From: Eledone cirrhosa
Taxonomy: Eukaryota
Reading direction: 5' to 3'
Assembly: GCA_964016885.1 (NCBI GenBank)
Contig: OZ024742.1
Span: 288,796,001 to 288,860,000 of the forward strand
DNA length: 64,000 bases
In this document: piece by piece, positions 1 through 13,199 of the stretch
Layout of the letters: every line of letters begins with the position of its first letter
Position numbering within the stretch: the first letter of the stretch is position 1
Position numbers and translations under genes: made by a program
Notes under the pieces: generated by a model
What the model was told of the DNA's origin: nothing
Seen by the model: the letters and a program-made list of their open reading frames with translations, nothing else
Databases searched by the model: none

Positions 1-1770
1 AGAGTATACTGGATACATTTGATTGTGGCACTAGAACTGTTCCTTTACAGAGTATACTGGATACATTTGATTGTGGCACTAGAACTGCTCCTTTACAGAG
101 TATACTGGATACATTTGATTGTGGCACTAGAACTGCTCCTTTACAGAGTATACTGGATACATTTTATTGTGGCACTAGAACTGCCCCTTTACAGAGTATA
201 CTGGATACATTTGATTGTGGCACTAGAACTGCCCCTTTACAGAGTATACTGGATACATTTGATTGTGGCACTAGAACTGCCCCTTTACAGAGTATACTGG
301 ATACATTTTATTGTGGCACTAGAACTGCTCCTTTACAGAGTATACTGGATACATTTGATTGTGGCACTAGAACTGTTCCTTTACAGAGTATACTGGATAC
401 ATTTGATTGTGACACTAGAACTGCCCCTTTACAGAGTATACTGGATACATTTGATTGTGGCACTAGAACTGCCCCTTTACAGAGTATACTGGATACATTT
501 GATTGTGGCACTAGAACTGTTCCTTTACAGAGTATACTGGATACATTTGATTGTGGCACTAGAACTGCCCCTTTACAGAGTATACTGGATACATTTGATT
601 GTGGCACTAGAACTGCTCCTTTACAGAGTATACTGGATACATTTGATTGTGGCACTAGAACTGCTCCTTTACAGAGTATACTGGATACATTTTATTGTGG
701 CACTAGAACTGCCCCTTTACAGAGTATACTGGATACATTTTATTGTGGCACTAGAACTGCCCCTTTACAGAGTATACTGGATACATTTGATTGTGGAACT
801 AGAACTGCTCCTTTACAGAGTATACTGGATACATTTGATTGTGGCACTAGAACTGCTCCTTTACAGAGTATACTGGATACATTTTATTGTGACACTAGAA
901 CTGCCCCTTTACAGAGTATACTGGATACATTTTAATGTGGCACTAGAACTGCCCCTTTACAGAGTATACTGGATACATTTGATTGTGGCACTAGAACTGC
1001 CCCTTTACAGAGTATACTGGATACATTTGATTGTGACACTAGAACTGTTCCTTTACAGAGTATACTGGATACATTTTATTGTGGCACTAGAACTGCCCCT
1101 TTACAGAGTATACTGGATACATTTGATTGTGGCACTAGAACTGCCCCTTTACAGAGTATACTGGATACATTTTATTGTGGCACTAGAACTGCCCCTTTAC
1201 AGAGTATACTGGATACATTTGATTGTGGCACTAGAACTGCCCCTTTACAGAGTATACTGGATACATTTGATTGTGGCACTAGAACTGCCCCTTTACAGAG
1301 TATACTGGATACATTTGATTGTGGCACTAGAACTGCCCCTTTACAGAGTATACTGGATACATTTGATTGTGGCACTAGAACTGCTCCTTTACAGAGTATA
1401 CTGGATCCATTTTATTGTGGCACTAGAACTGCCCCTTTACAGAGTATACTGGATACATTTTATTGTGGCACTAGAACTGTTCCTTTACAGAGTATACTGG
1501 ATACATTTTATTGTGGCACTAGAACTGCTCCTTTACAGAGTATACTGGATACATTTTATTGTGGCACTAGAACTGCTCCTTTACAGAGTATACTGGGTGC
1601 ATTTTATTGTGGTACCACCACTACGATTTACAGTGTGCACTAAATGTATTTTATTGTGACACCACCAGCACTGCCCCTTTACAGCATATACCGGGTGCAC
1701 TTTATTGTGACACCAACATTATTCCTTAACAGAGTGTACGTGGTGCAATTTATCATGGTACCAGCACTGT
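1..1770. repeat. 48-bp tandem minisatellite (~33 homogeneous units, then degenerate units)
   Basis: Unit AGAGTATACTGGATACATTT(G/T)ATTGTGGCACTAGAACTG(C/T)(C/T)CCTTTAC repeated head-to-tail without spacers; decays after ~1610. Confidence 0.97.
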
Positions 1771-1849
1771 CTTTGGCAAGACTAAATAGTCATCTCTACC
1801 CTGTACTGTCTTTGATCAATTAATTGTAAATATATAAAAGTACCATAAA

Positions 1850-2065
1850 GGTGTGCGGTCTAGTGGTTAAGGTATTGAGCTCATGATCATAAAGTCATGG
1901 GTTTCATTCCCAGACTGAATGATGTGTTCTTCCAGTTTACTCAGTTGAATAAATGAGTACCAACAGCAGCAGGGGGTTAGCCCTGTGATAGATTGGTGTT
2001 CTGACCGGGGGAAAGTCTTGTACTCTCAGTTGCTTAATACCCATGAAACTAGAATAAGCTCAGGG
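1850..2065 (+). mobile_element. Degenerate tRNA-derived SINE
   Basis: A-box-like GGTCTAGTGGTTAAG, B-box-like GGTTTCATTCCC, core CCAGTTTACTCAG...AAATGAGTACC; a related minus-strand remnant lies at ~7810-7955. Confidence 0.65.
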
Positions 2066-2071
2066 CTTTTA

Positions 2072-2124
2072 GTCTTGTCTGATGATCCTGTAAATGCTCA
2101 GGTGAAACTCCAGTGTAACAAGAC
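2072..2124 (+). ncRNA. Type I hammerhead ribozyme motif
   Basis: Stem I GTCTTGT/ACAAGAC, core CTGATGA, stem II CCTG/CAGG, GAAAC...GTA; mismatches in stems II and III. Confidence 0.7.
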
Positions 2125-2447
2125 GCACCACTTAGCCATATAAATGAATACATATATATATAAATGATATGCATGTGTCTATACATATATATATATATAA
2201 TATATGTGTATGTACATACATACATAAGCAGAGTGTCTTATCGTGTATTCAAATATGTATGTATGTATACGTTGGTGCATGTATGTGTGAACATGTGAGT
2301 GTATGTGTGAATGTATATGTAGGTGTTAGCATGCATGTGTGTGTGCGTGTATGATTATATGTGCCATGTTGTCATTTTGGCTGATGTTTGTTAAAAGTAG
2401 GTTTAAAGTGTTTTGACATGTAAACATTTAATGAGAAGTATATAAAC

Positions 2448-2511
<64 letters not shown>

Positions 2512-2519
2512 TATATTTA

Positions 2520-2830
2520 TGATTGTTTTATATGGTCTTGATTGTGTTAACTGGATGACAAGGTCACTTCAGAAGCTCTCTACATTCCAGAACCACATCA
2601 TAAGACTTATTATGACTAACAAACAACTCAGTGATCATACCTCTACCAATGAGCTACTCAACATTACCAAGCTTAAACCAATCACATCAGTTATCAAGTC
2701 AAGAGTACTTAAACTGTATGGCATATCAAAAGATCAACTGGTGGTGTGAGTAAGTTATGCCTAGAAGGAAAGTTAGGGTCGACAATCAAAATGCTGGCTT
2801 GATAATGTCAACTTATAGACTGGACTTGTC
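2520..2830 (+). mobile_element. Degenerate LINE ORF C-terminal fragment (RTE/L2-like)
   Basis: LYGLDC..W....QKLSTFQNHIIRLI....DH.STNELL...I.S..LKLYG resembles the post-RT region of APE-type LINEs. Confidence 0.6.
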
Positions 2831-2839
2831 CTTTGCTCT

Positions 2840-4140
2840 TTAAACTCTGTTGTTGGTGATCATACTTTGTGGAGAAGAATATCTCATGTTGATGCGCAGT
2901 CTGCAACAGGCGGAGTTAGCGTTTAGGAGGAAATATATACAAATACATACATATCTAGGGGCCTTTCGTATATCTCGTGGGTCCATGAAATGGCAACTAG
3001 AAAATTTCCCTCTAATGTGCAAGCCTAAGCAAGGATTTTACAGAAGACCAGCAGTGGCCCATGCATGCCAGTCTCCTCTCTCTACATCAGAGAGCTCGGG
3101 ACAGCATAAGTTCGAAGGCCACCTTCGACTCCCTCTTCGTCCAGTCAGATCAGTTTGCAAGGTGCTGCTTACTATCTGCCAGTGCCAAATACTCAGGCGA
3201 CTGGGTCGAATCCCTACCTGTGGCCAACGTTGGTGGCCTACTCAGCCTCGACGAACTTCGTGTCTCCATCGCCCTCAGAGTGGGAGCTGACATCTGCATG
3301 GATTTGAGGTGTCGATGCGGCAAACTCCTCGACTCTACAGGCCTCAACGGTCTTTCTTGCCGCCTGAATGCCGCACGTCGCACGGAGCTAAACCTCATTC
3401 TGAAGAGAGCTTTGGCCCGGGCGAATATCCCCAGTCTTAGAACCATCTGGGTTGTCCAGAAGTGACGGCAAAAGACCGACGGCCTTACCCTGTGCCCCTG
3501 GTCGAGAGGCAGGTGCCTTGTCTGGGACGTCACTGTTAGTGACTGTTTTTCTCTTTCCCACATCCTGGATGCTGCGGTTAGGACGAGAGCCACAGCTTCC
3601 ACAGCCGAGTGGAGTAAGACCCTCAAATACTCTCATCTGTCGGCCAGCTACATTTTTCAGCCTGTGGCTTTCGAGACATTTGGGGGTGTCGGGCTGCTCA
3701 CTGCGAGGTTCCTTTCCTCACTGACGGCTTGCCTAATAGAGGTGACTGGCGAATCTCGCGAAGTGCTTGGCTGTTTCCACGCATCAGCCTCGCCATCACC
3801 CAAGGCAACGCTGCGAGTGTGCTGGCTTGCCTCAAAAATCATTAGAGAGGTTGCCCCAGACTCGCGACGTTGCTGTCTTTTGCTCTGGTGTTGGCTCCGT
3901 TGTTCACCCCTTCCTTTACATTTTCTTATATATCGTAACGTTGAGGGAATATATCTTTCATTGTATCATCCTTTATGATGTTACCGAAGCATTTGTAATG
4001 CTATTTATGTATATATTTAAAACATATTTGTTACGTTATTCTACTGTAAATTTATTTATATGCTCTGTTTATATTTTCATTCTGAAGGAATTGCAAACGA
4101 TTTGTAATGTTTGTGCAACTATGAATAAAATATTTTTATT
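2840..4140 (+). mobile_element. CRE-clade non-LTR retrotransposon, 3' part (Zn knuckle + restriction-like endonuclease, frameshifted) with AT-rich 3' UTR
   Basis: SGDWVESLP, IALRVG, CRCG...GLSC, then after a frameshift [24 protein letters not shown] and PVAFETFGG. Confidence 0.85.
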
Positions 4141-4698
4141 TGTTGATAATAGGGCCTATATTTTACATCTTTCCTGGGCCTATTGCCAGGAGAATTGGGG
4201 CCTTTATTTTGCATCTGGCCAGATGTATTGGAGCTTATATTTTACATCTGGTCATGGCTTATTGCCAGCTTTGGTGGGGCCTATATTTTAAATCTGGCCT
4301 GGACATATTACCACTTTTGTACAGGCCTGGTGACAACACAGTAAAATGAAGTACTCAAGGGTGAAGTGGTGGTGGATGTTAAAAAGAACAGCATGATGTT
4401 ATGACAGTCCCATCTCTCTCTCTCACATATATATACAATTGGGGAAAGGTGTGTTTGTGTGTGTGATGGTGGGGGGTGTGAGTAACAAACATTGTTGGCT
4501 TCTGTTGGTCACATGATAAAGTTTCTTATCTATACATTGTATCACTCTCTCTCTAATTTATTTCTCCCGTTACCAGTAGCAAACGAACAGGGACAGAGGG
4601 GTCTCTCTCTCTAAGGCAGCACTTCCTAATTTTTCCCTCCTTAGCAGTTTCTATTCTAACTGCCGTCACATTCACATTTCATTATGTGTATGTATGTA

Positions 4699-5092
4699 TC
4701 ATCATCATCATCATCATCAACGTTTAACGTCCGTGTTCCACGCTTGCATGGGTTTGGACGGGGGTAGTCCCACTTGAGGCAAGAGTGATTGTCTTGCTCG
4801 CATAGGACTGTCTGGCAGGTTTTCTACAGTTGGATGCCCTTCCTAACACCAACCACATTTACAGTGTGGGTCTGGGAGGTTTTTACCGTGTTGCCTACAC
4901 GGCCACATTACAGCGTGGACTGTGTGTTTTTTTGTCGTGACACCTACACGATCTCATTTGTTTCGGCCTCGATGGCGCGGCACCAACATAACTTTACATA
5001 GAACGGGGTGGTGTGGATCGGGTGGGGGTGGTGGTGGTGGGACGGGGTGTATTTTGTTAGAGATGCCTACTGGCTGGAGTAGGTTTTACTAT
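4699..5092 (-). mobile_element. RTE-A LINE 3' UTR only, with (GAT)n tail
   Basis: Near-identical to the 3' UTRs at 26033-26425, 29690-30093 and 55890-56278. Confidence 0.9.
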
Positions 5093-5152
5093 ATGTATAT
5101 ATGTGTATATATGTGTGTGTGTATGTATGATTGTATTTATGTATATATATAT

Positions 5153-5297
5153 ATAACGAAGGAAGTGTGGTAAGGAACCTGGTGGACCATAATGCACCAC
5201 AGTACTCAATACTTAGGGTAGTAGAGTGGGTAATAGAAAAATGTTCAAGACCCCGTCAAAACCGCTTGAGCTCTGCCGTCAGGGTCTTGAACATTTT

Positions 5298-5301
<4 letters not shown>
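5153..5301. mobile_element. Short hairpin-capped element in (TA)n (same family as 49752-49866 and 50655-50771)
   Basis: Shared body ATAACGAAGGAAGTG...GGGTAGTAGAGTGGGTAATAG; terminal inverted repeat AAAATGTTCAAGACCC/GGGTCTTGAACATTTT. Confidence 0.75.
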
Positions 5302-5340
<39 letters not shown>

Positions 5341-5405
5341 ATACATGAATGTATGCAGATGCATAATCATGGGTGGTGTATGCACCTTACCATGCACATA
5401 TGTTA

Positions 5406-5753
5406 TCATTTCATTTCATTTCATTTTTACGTCCGCTTTTCCCTGCTTTGCTTGCAAGGGTGGGACGGGAACTGATTCTGGCTTGATTTCTACAGCTGGA
5501 TGCCCTTCCTAACACCAACCTCATTTACAGTGAGTGCTGGGTTCTTATTTGCCGTGGCACCTACATGACCACTTTGCAGTGGAATGATAGGGACCCCAGT
5601 CCCTATCATCTCATTTCTACAGCTGAGTAAACTGGAGCAATGTGAAATAAAGTATCTTGCTCAAGGAAACAACACATCACCTGGTCTGAGAATTGAACTC
5701 ACAACCTTTCGATTGCAAGGCCAATGCTCTAACCACTAAGCCATGTGCCTCCT
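5406..5753 (-). mobile_element. tRNA-derived SINE family 1 with RTE-B-type tail
   Basis: Reverse complement of 9435-9760. Confidence 0.9.
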
Positions 5754-5889
5754 CCTATATACACATATATATATACAATGATTCATAGCCATATTTACAC
5801 AGTTAAGTGCTTCATGTGTTGTGATATGAAACCTCTTAGACTAAATAAAATCACATTCATTCTCTCTCTTAAAATATTTATATCTTCAC

Positions 5890-6280
5890 AGCACCATCGT
5901 CACTTCCACCACTGCAACTAAATCCCTACACTACTACTACTACCACACCACAGTTATACTACCCTAAACCACTATACCAGTTACACTACCACCACTATAC
6001 AACCCTAAACCACAGCTATACTACCACCACTACACCAGTTACACTACCCTAAACCACTGCACCACAGTTACACTACCCTAAACCACTGCACCATAGTTAC
6101 ACTACCACTACCACCACTACACCACAGTTACACTATCACCACTACACTATTCTAAACCATAACGCCACAGTTAAACTACCACTACTACACCACCACCACT
6201 ACATCCCAGTTAGACTACACTACCAACACTACACCACTTCTATATATTGATAGCACCAGATTATACCCTAACCACTATGT
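5890..6280. repeat. Degenerate C/A-rich minisatellite
   Basis: Repeated CCACTACACCACAGTTACACTA-like units. Confidence 0.75.
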
Positions 6281-8573
6281 ACAATCTGGAACTAGCTGTT
6301 GAAACAGCAAGAGCTCAGCCATTGGGCTTATCATTGACATATTTATTGATATCACATTGATGTCAACAGGATATAGATTGATATCACCAATATAACACAC
6401 CACGGTACTGACACACAAACATACCACAATCTTGAGCTGTAACTTCAACTAATCTATACATACATATATGATGGCTGTACCCTCAATTTCAAATGTGTCC
6501 AATAAGTGTCACATTACGATTCATGGATTCAAGGGTGACAAACACACACACACATACATATATACCTGATGGCTGTCTTCTTGATTTCGTGTATGTGCCC
6601 ATTCCTCTGATAAGTGTCCTCTATCTCTCCCTCTGATTCATAAATACTAAGGTGACTGTTCAGAGCCATTAGTGCATGACACAATTTTCTGCAAGTCATG
6701 TTGTGCCTGTCAGTAAAATTTACCAGAACAATGTTCAGGGTTTTTAATATTCCATCATATGGTCATGTGATGTGTATGAAGGATGTCAACTGTATATAAC
6801 AGTGTAGGGCGATCAAAGTTGGTGGTAGCTATGGAATAGGAAGACTTAGACAATGACACAGGATTTAGATCTTTGGTGTTATGCAGTAATACAGAAGACC
6901 TGCCTTCCCATGCAAAGCATACATCTAGTATACACAACTTAACTACTATCCTCTCTCCTCCTTCTATACACCTTCCACGCCCTAACACTCCACCCATATT
7001 CTGATCACACACCCCTTCTCCCATGCCTTTACACCCCTGCCCTATTCCTCAGTCCACACTGTAAGATGGTCGTGTTGGTATCACCACAAAAAGCACCCAA
7101 TACACACTGTAAATGTGGTTGGCGTTAGGAAGGAACATCCAGCCGTAAAAAAAAAATCAAGCCAGAAACAGTTATGTATGAACAAGACAAGGTCACCTGA
7201 CCTGACTTGCCTCAAATGAGACAACCCATCTAACCCATGCTAATGTGAAAAATGTTAAATGATGACGATGATGATGTTTACACATACGACTCTTGAGAGT
7301 AGCTATCATTACCCTCATCACCATCATTTTACATCTGCTTTCCACACTTGCATGTGTTGGACAGGCTGTCACTCTCCAATAGCAGATGGGTCAAAGTGAC
7401 TTATTTTGCTCGGGTGCCCTTTCCTAATGCATTTTTTTTTTAATCATCGACATTAACATTTTACAGGGTGTACTGGGTATGTTTTTCATAGCACCAACAC
7501 TAACAATTTACAGAATACACAGGGTGTACTGGGTATGTTTTTCATAGCACCAACACTAACAATTTACAGAATACACAGGGTGCATTTTATCATGGCACCA
7601 GTACTAGAGAAGCTGTCACATAATAGACCAACATCCTTTTAAAACCTAAATTATCTCCATTTGATCACCAGTACTATAGCCTCCTGACTCTCACTACATT
7701 TACTTTTTGTGTCACAATTGTTTCACTGGTGTATTGAAGTGCTGTCAAAATGCATGTTAGTTTGTGAAAGTCTGTCCCAAGCTCAGAGATTCATCGGGTA
7801 ACAGCTTATCCCAGTTTCATTGGAGTTAAGGGACTGAGGGTACAAGACTTCCCCTTGAATGAAATACCAGTCTATCGCAGGGTTAAGTCCAAACTGTTTT
7901 TAGTACACATTTTTTACAGCTGGGTGGACTGAAGCAATGTGAAATAAAGTATCTTCAGAATGCATGAACTACCCACAGAGATTTTGGTAACTATTTTTAT
8001 GCCACATTCAGACAAAAAGCACCGTTCAAGGTTCGAAAAGGATTTTTATACTTTTTCATAAAGCTGTTATCCAAAAGACTGAATTACCTATGATTTTCCA
8101 TTGATATTGATGGAAGACTTGACACAAAGTTGTTTAGGGGAATGTTCATACAGGACAAAAGTCTAATTGGGGTCTTGTAAGCATTGGAGAAGTGGTCAAT
8201 GAAAAGTTGTATTTGAGTATTCATGTGTCACAGTCATCTGTATATAAAATATCTCTGAGCAGAGTGTTTGAAAAAAGCTGAATGAAGACCCAAGTCCACA
8301 AAAGCTGCCATAGTACAATTAAACTTTTCAAAATGTTTTGACAAAAGCTGTGGAAGCTACAGAAATATTCCATATATTTTTCCAGAGCAATCTCTATTTA
8401 AATTTTACATTTTACGCTTACTTGTCCCCCATTGCAAAATGGCCATAAATTCAAATTTTGAAAAGAGAGGAAAAGGGACAAGTTAACTATGAACTTGATA
8501 CATCTCTGATAAATTGATGTCTGACATACCTCAACTGTGCTGATGGTTCAATTCCAGTCTTGGCAGATCAATT

Positions 8574-8639
8574 TATTTTATCTGATGAGGACGTACTGAT
8601 GAAATAGCTCAGTACCTCTGAAATATGTATAATAAAATA
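8574..8639 (+). ncRNA. Type I hammerhead ribozyme (PLE terminus)
   Basis: TATTTTAT-CTGATGA-GGAcGTACTG..CAGTACcTCT-GAAA-TATGTA-TA-ATAAAATA. Confidence 0.8.
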
Positions 8640-8675
8640 TATTTGATCACATGAATGTCTATATTTATTAATATT

Positions 8676-8710
<35 letters not shown>

Positions 8711-9434
8711 AGTCGATGCGATCAGACCTCAACACAGCAACAACAACTACAACAACAGCGACAGCAACAACAACACCATTGTCTGTGTTGAATGTGTGTA
8801 TATGTATGTATAAGACCAAAAGTTAAACAAGGTTCATTGATTAATCAATGAGTATGTATGTGTATATATCACACATGCGAAGCGAACAAATTTCAAAATT
8901 TTAACCCAGCGACTACAACAACAACACCATTGTCTGCAGCAGCATCATCAGTGAAATGAACAACAACGGCAGCAGCAGCAACAACGACGACGACAACTGC
9001 CACCACCATCTACTACCACCACCACCACCACCATCACTGACACCATCCACCATCCACCGCCACCATCAATCAGGCCTTAAAAACAACTATAATACTAAAT
9101 AACTATTCTGTTCTTGACACGGGGGAGCGATTGTCCCAGCACATTGCTGGTGCCTTGTTTTGGGACCCGGAGAGTGGAGAGCCGTTGCTCTTTGCTGTAA
9201 AGCAAACAATTATTATTATTATTATGGCCCTTGCCATTCTGAGTTCAAATCCTGCCAAGGTTAACTTTGCCTTTCATCCTTACGGGGTCGATAAAATAAA
9301 GTACCAGTAATACACTGGGTAATTGCTGGCCTTGTGCCAAAAGTAGAAACAATTATTATATAAAAACTGAACTGGAAAAGTCAACAGTTGACATGATTTT
9401 GATTTTGTATCAGTACTGACGGTCATATATAAGT

Positions 9435-9760
9435 GGAGGCACATGGCTTAGTGGTTAGAGCATTGGCCTTGCAATTGAAAGGTTGTGAGTTCAATTCTCA
9501 GACCGGGTGATGTGTTGTTTCCTTGAGCAAGACACTTTATTTCACATTGCTCCAGTTTACTCAGCTGTAGAAATGAGATGATAGGGACTGGGGTCCATAT
9601 CATTCCACTGCAAAGTGGTCGTGGAGGTGCCACGGCAAAAAAGCACCGAGCACTCACTGTAAATGAGGTTGGTGTTAGGAAGGGCATCCAGCTGTAGAAA
9701 TCAAGCCAAAATCAGTTCCCGTCCCACCCTTGCAAGCAAGGAAAACGCGGATGCAATGAT
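9435..9760 (+). mobile_element. tRNA-derived SINE family 1
   Basis: TGGCTTAGTGG A box, GAGTTCAATTC B box, CTTGAGCAAGACACTT central domain, tail CCCACCCTTGCAAGC shared with RTE-B. Confidence 0.9.
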
Positions 9761-9769
9761 ATATATATA

Positions 9770-10035
9770 CTATCCAGCGAATTTTTAACCGTCAAGGTTG
9801 TTTTCCATGGTTATGTCACTATTTATAAAACAAATTTTGTATTTTATCTGATGAAAGCGCACCAAGATTGGCTTGGTCGCCCTTGAAATATATATAATAA
9901 AATAATTATGGTTTTATAAATATAGTTTCCATTTATTAATATAATGAATATTTACTCCAGTAACTGTTGAGTGCTCTATATCAGTTATAAACTTTTAAGT
10001 TTGTTGGAATCCCAACAAATTAAATATAACTTCTA
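9770..10035 (+). mobile_element. Solo PLE pseudo-LTR
   Basis: Similar to the reverse complement of pLTRs 32232-32564 and 44617-44847; bounded by TA repeats. Confidence 0.8.
9840..9904 (+). ncRNA. Type I hammerhead ribozyme
   Basis: TATTTTAT-CTGATGA-AAG..CTT-GAAA-TATATA-TA-ATAAAATA. Confidence 0.8.
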
Positions 10036-10427
10036 CATATATATATATATGTGTGTATGTGTGTGTTTGTATACATGAGTGTTGGTGTGTGAGTGAGTGT
10101 GTATGTGTGTGCCGTGAGTGTTAATAAGTGGTGGGTTTATTTTTATGACTATGCTGTAAAATGGAGGGGTAGAGAGGGCCCATGAGTCCAGTAAGACATC
10201 CTCTCTAGTGCTGGTGGCACAAATAAAAGCACCCAGTCCATGCTGTAAAGTGGCGCTGGTGTTAGGAAGGGTATCAAACCAGTGTATCAATGCCAAAACG
10301 ATTATAAGCAGAGCAACAAGTATATAGGAACAACAAAAATATAAAGACGTCGCATCTCAGAGTTGCAACACTTAATGTTGGCACTAAATTTTGTGTCCCA
10401 CCCTTGCAAGCAGGGAAAAGCAGACGT

Positions 10428-10458
<31 letters not shown>

Positions 10459-10640
10459 CACAGGATTGAGACCTCTGGTGATATGCTATGCTACAGAAAA
10501 CCTGAGGAGCCATGTACACAGGCTGAAAAAAAAACATCTAGAGAACATAAGTCTGCATCAATCTTCCCACATCTTATTACTTACCCATCTGCCTCCTCAC
10601 CAACTAAGACCTCCCTCACTCACCTCATCTCATTATTTCT

Positions 10641-10826
10641 GGTAGATTGGCAGTATCGGTAGAGGGTCGGACGCCATGCTTTCCAGCATAGTTACGTCCC
10701 TTTACGATCTGAGTTCAAATCCCGCCGAGGTTAACTTTGCCTTTCATCCTTACGGGGTCGATAAAATAAAGTACCAGTAATGTACTGAGTAATTGCTGGC
10801 CTTGTTCCAAATGTAGAAACAATTAT
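10641..10826 (+). mobile_element. tRNA-derived SINE family 2
   Basis: GAGTTCAAATCCC B box plus GCCTTTCATCCTTACGGGGTCGATAAAATAAAGTACC; partial copies at ~9225-9358, ~16200-16360(-) and ~63085-63160. Confidence 0.9.
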
Positions 10827-11300
10827 TTCTGCATACTCATTTCACCAACCCACCTAACTCCCTTCTTCCGCATCTCTCCCTTCCAACCCATGAATATAAG
10901 CATGGAAAGCTGGACCCCCCTCCCCCACAAAAAAATTTGCTATCATGACAAAAAGCACGTAGTCCACCCTATCGGTTGTCGTGCTGGTGACATGACAAAA
11001 AAAGCACCTAGTCACCCTCTCAAATGGTTGTTTTGTTTCCACGATAAAAAGCACCCAGTCCTGGCTGTATATGAAAGGCGTCCAGCCGTAGAAACCAAAC
11101 CAGAACCAGTTCCATATGAGCAAGACGTGGTTACCTGATCTGACTGACGTGTCCCATAACGTGGAAAATAGCCGTTAAACGACGGTGTGTGTGTAAAAGG
11201 TAAACAGAAATAACAACACAATCGGTACAGTATATGGAAGGTATATATTAGGTTAACGCTTGATATAGCAGGAAGAGGGTCTTTTTTATATATATATATA

Positions 11301-11346
11301 CAGGGTGTCCCCAAAAATGTATATACACTTTTTGGGGGACACCCTG
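11301..11346. mobile_element. 46-bp Tc1/mariner-type mini-MITE
   Basis: TA|CAGGGTGTCCCCAAAAA...TTTTTGGGGGACACCCTG; almost entirely terminal inverted repeat. Confidence 0.65.
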
Positions 11347-12097
11347 AATATATGTGTGCCCGCGGATTTCTAACTATACCTCCCCTCGCCTATTTGTTTG
11401 TAAGTTTGTAGTATATGTGTGTGTATATGGTAAAGAAAATCTGTAAGCCGAGACCGACTTTAATTAACGATGGTGTATTGTGTCTATATTTACGAGGCGC
11501 GTAGACAGATTTGGTTTTCTCCTCGGTAAAAAAAAAAATAAAGGAAAAAGCTAAACTTACCATATATGAAGATTAAGCCGGGTTTATTAGTGGTAGGTGG
11601 TGAAAATTTTCAGGACGGAAATTGAGTGAAAACTTAAGTTGTTTCACTCAACGTGTTTCCTTGTTTAACTGGTGTGGACAATCAGAAAGTCTCTTATGAA
11701 CACAGAACAACAACTTGGAAGCTAATTCCATAAGAAAATATTTATCTGGCGAAAATTAATGAGATTTTATTAGTATTTTGGACTTTTCCGAAGCTAAGAA
11801 CCAGGTTCGATTTCAACGAAAATTTTGTTTTCAAAATGTGCTAGTGCGTTAAAAAAATATTTTAAATGAAACAAAGCTTAGAAAACAGGATTTAAAGACA
11901 ATAACAGCCTTTTGATTACACACTGGTGTAATAATCCAAATAAATCAACTTTTTCGGAAGAGAAAATTTTTTTATAGCACAATTGTTGCTTGAAATTTAA
12001 ATTCAGCTATAAGGAAGGAAAAAGTATGAATTCGTAACGCAAGAAAGGAGACAGGTACACTATAAATAGGGTAGATAATATATATATATGTATTATA

Positions 12098-12585
12098 CTA
12101 GCTGAGGAACCCAGTTTCGCCGGGGTAAACAGATGAAAAGAGAAGACCGGTAGAAGAGGAAACGAGTGTATTGGATGAGTTGTCTGGTTTACAGAATGAG
12201 GCGAGACCGTGGTGTGTGTGTGTAACAAACAAAAAAAAAACTCAATAATCTTCCAGATACAGCAGATTCTGCATTTTAACGTTCATGCAAAGTATATGCA
12301 GATTTCTAAGTGTCCCCACTCGTGAACTGCCTACATATAACTGTCCATGGGTTCTCTTATGCAATTCTATAAGTATGAGATTGACTGAGCTTTATTTTTT
12401 GGTCATAGAAAAACTGGCTCTAACAGGGAACTGAAGTCTCTAGAATTTGAACAGCATCTCGGCAGGGGAAGGGATGAGAAGGATTTTGGGAATAAATGCA
12501 TTTTCTCCTTCGATTGTCAGTTTTGGTTTTTGCGTAGTGCATGAAAACACCAAGCAACAAATATCTCTTTTATGTTATATATAGA
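12098..12585 (-). mobile_element. Non-autonomous Helitron-like element
   Basis: Minus strand reads A|TCTATATAT...CCCGGCGAAACTGGG (hairpin)...CTAG|T. Confidence 0.65.
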
Positions 12586-13199
12586 TATTTAAAAAAAAAC
12601 GGGCTGCATGACTCAGATGTTTAGTCCTATAATGAGGTATGAGGTAAGATGGACCAATCCTTTGTCAACGTCGAGATTTATTTCTTAGCTTTCTTATGAT
12701 GTGGACTAACTACTATAAGCTTTCATTTCGCGCGCCTCACCACCACCGTCACCATATCACCACTAATATCGTACCACTACCACTATACCACCACCAGTAC
12801 CACCACACCATTAGTACCATCGCCATACCTCTGCCATATTGCCACCAACATATCACCACGTGATGTCAAGTCAACCATGACGTTAAAACAACAAATTGAA
12901 AAAATAAGTCGTGGATGGCAAACAAAGAAACCAAAAGTTAGTAGTTCACATCCTTCTATTAGTACAGTATTGTTGAACCAACAAAGATGCCCCTGAAAAG
13001 TCATTCCATTTGTTAGAAATAGCAACCAAATTTCCCTCAAACATTAAAGCCTTTTATAAGAAAAGAAAGGGCAATGCTCATAACTCAGTAGTAGACAGGC
13101 ATTTGGCTAAGGTAAAAAAATAGTTGAAAAAATGTCACAAAAAAAAAAAAAAAACTGAATTCGTTGCCACTGTACAAAAATTGAAATGAAAATAGAACG

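Noticed and set aside
1-1659. 546-aa ORF or CRISPR-like array
   Set aside because: A 48-bp unit (multiple of 3, stop-free by chance) with no unique spacers and no cas genes, in a eukaryotic context.
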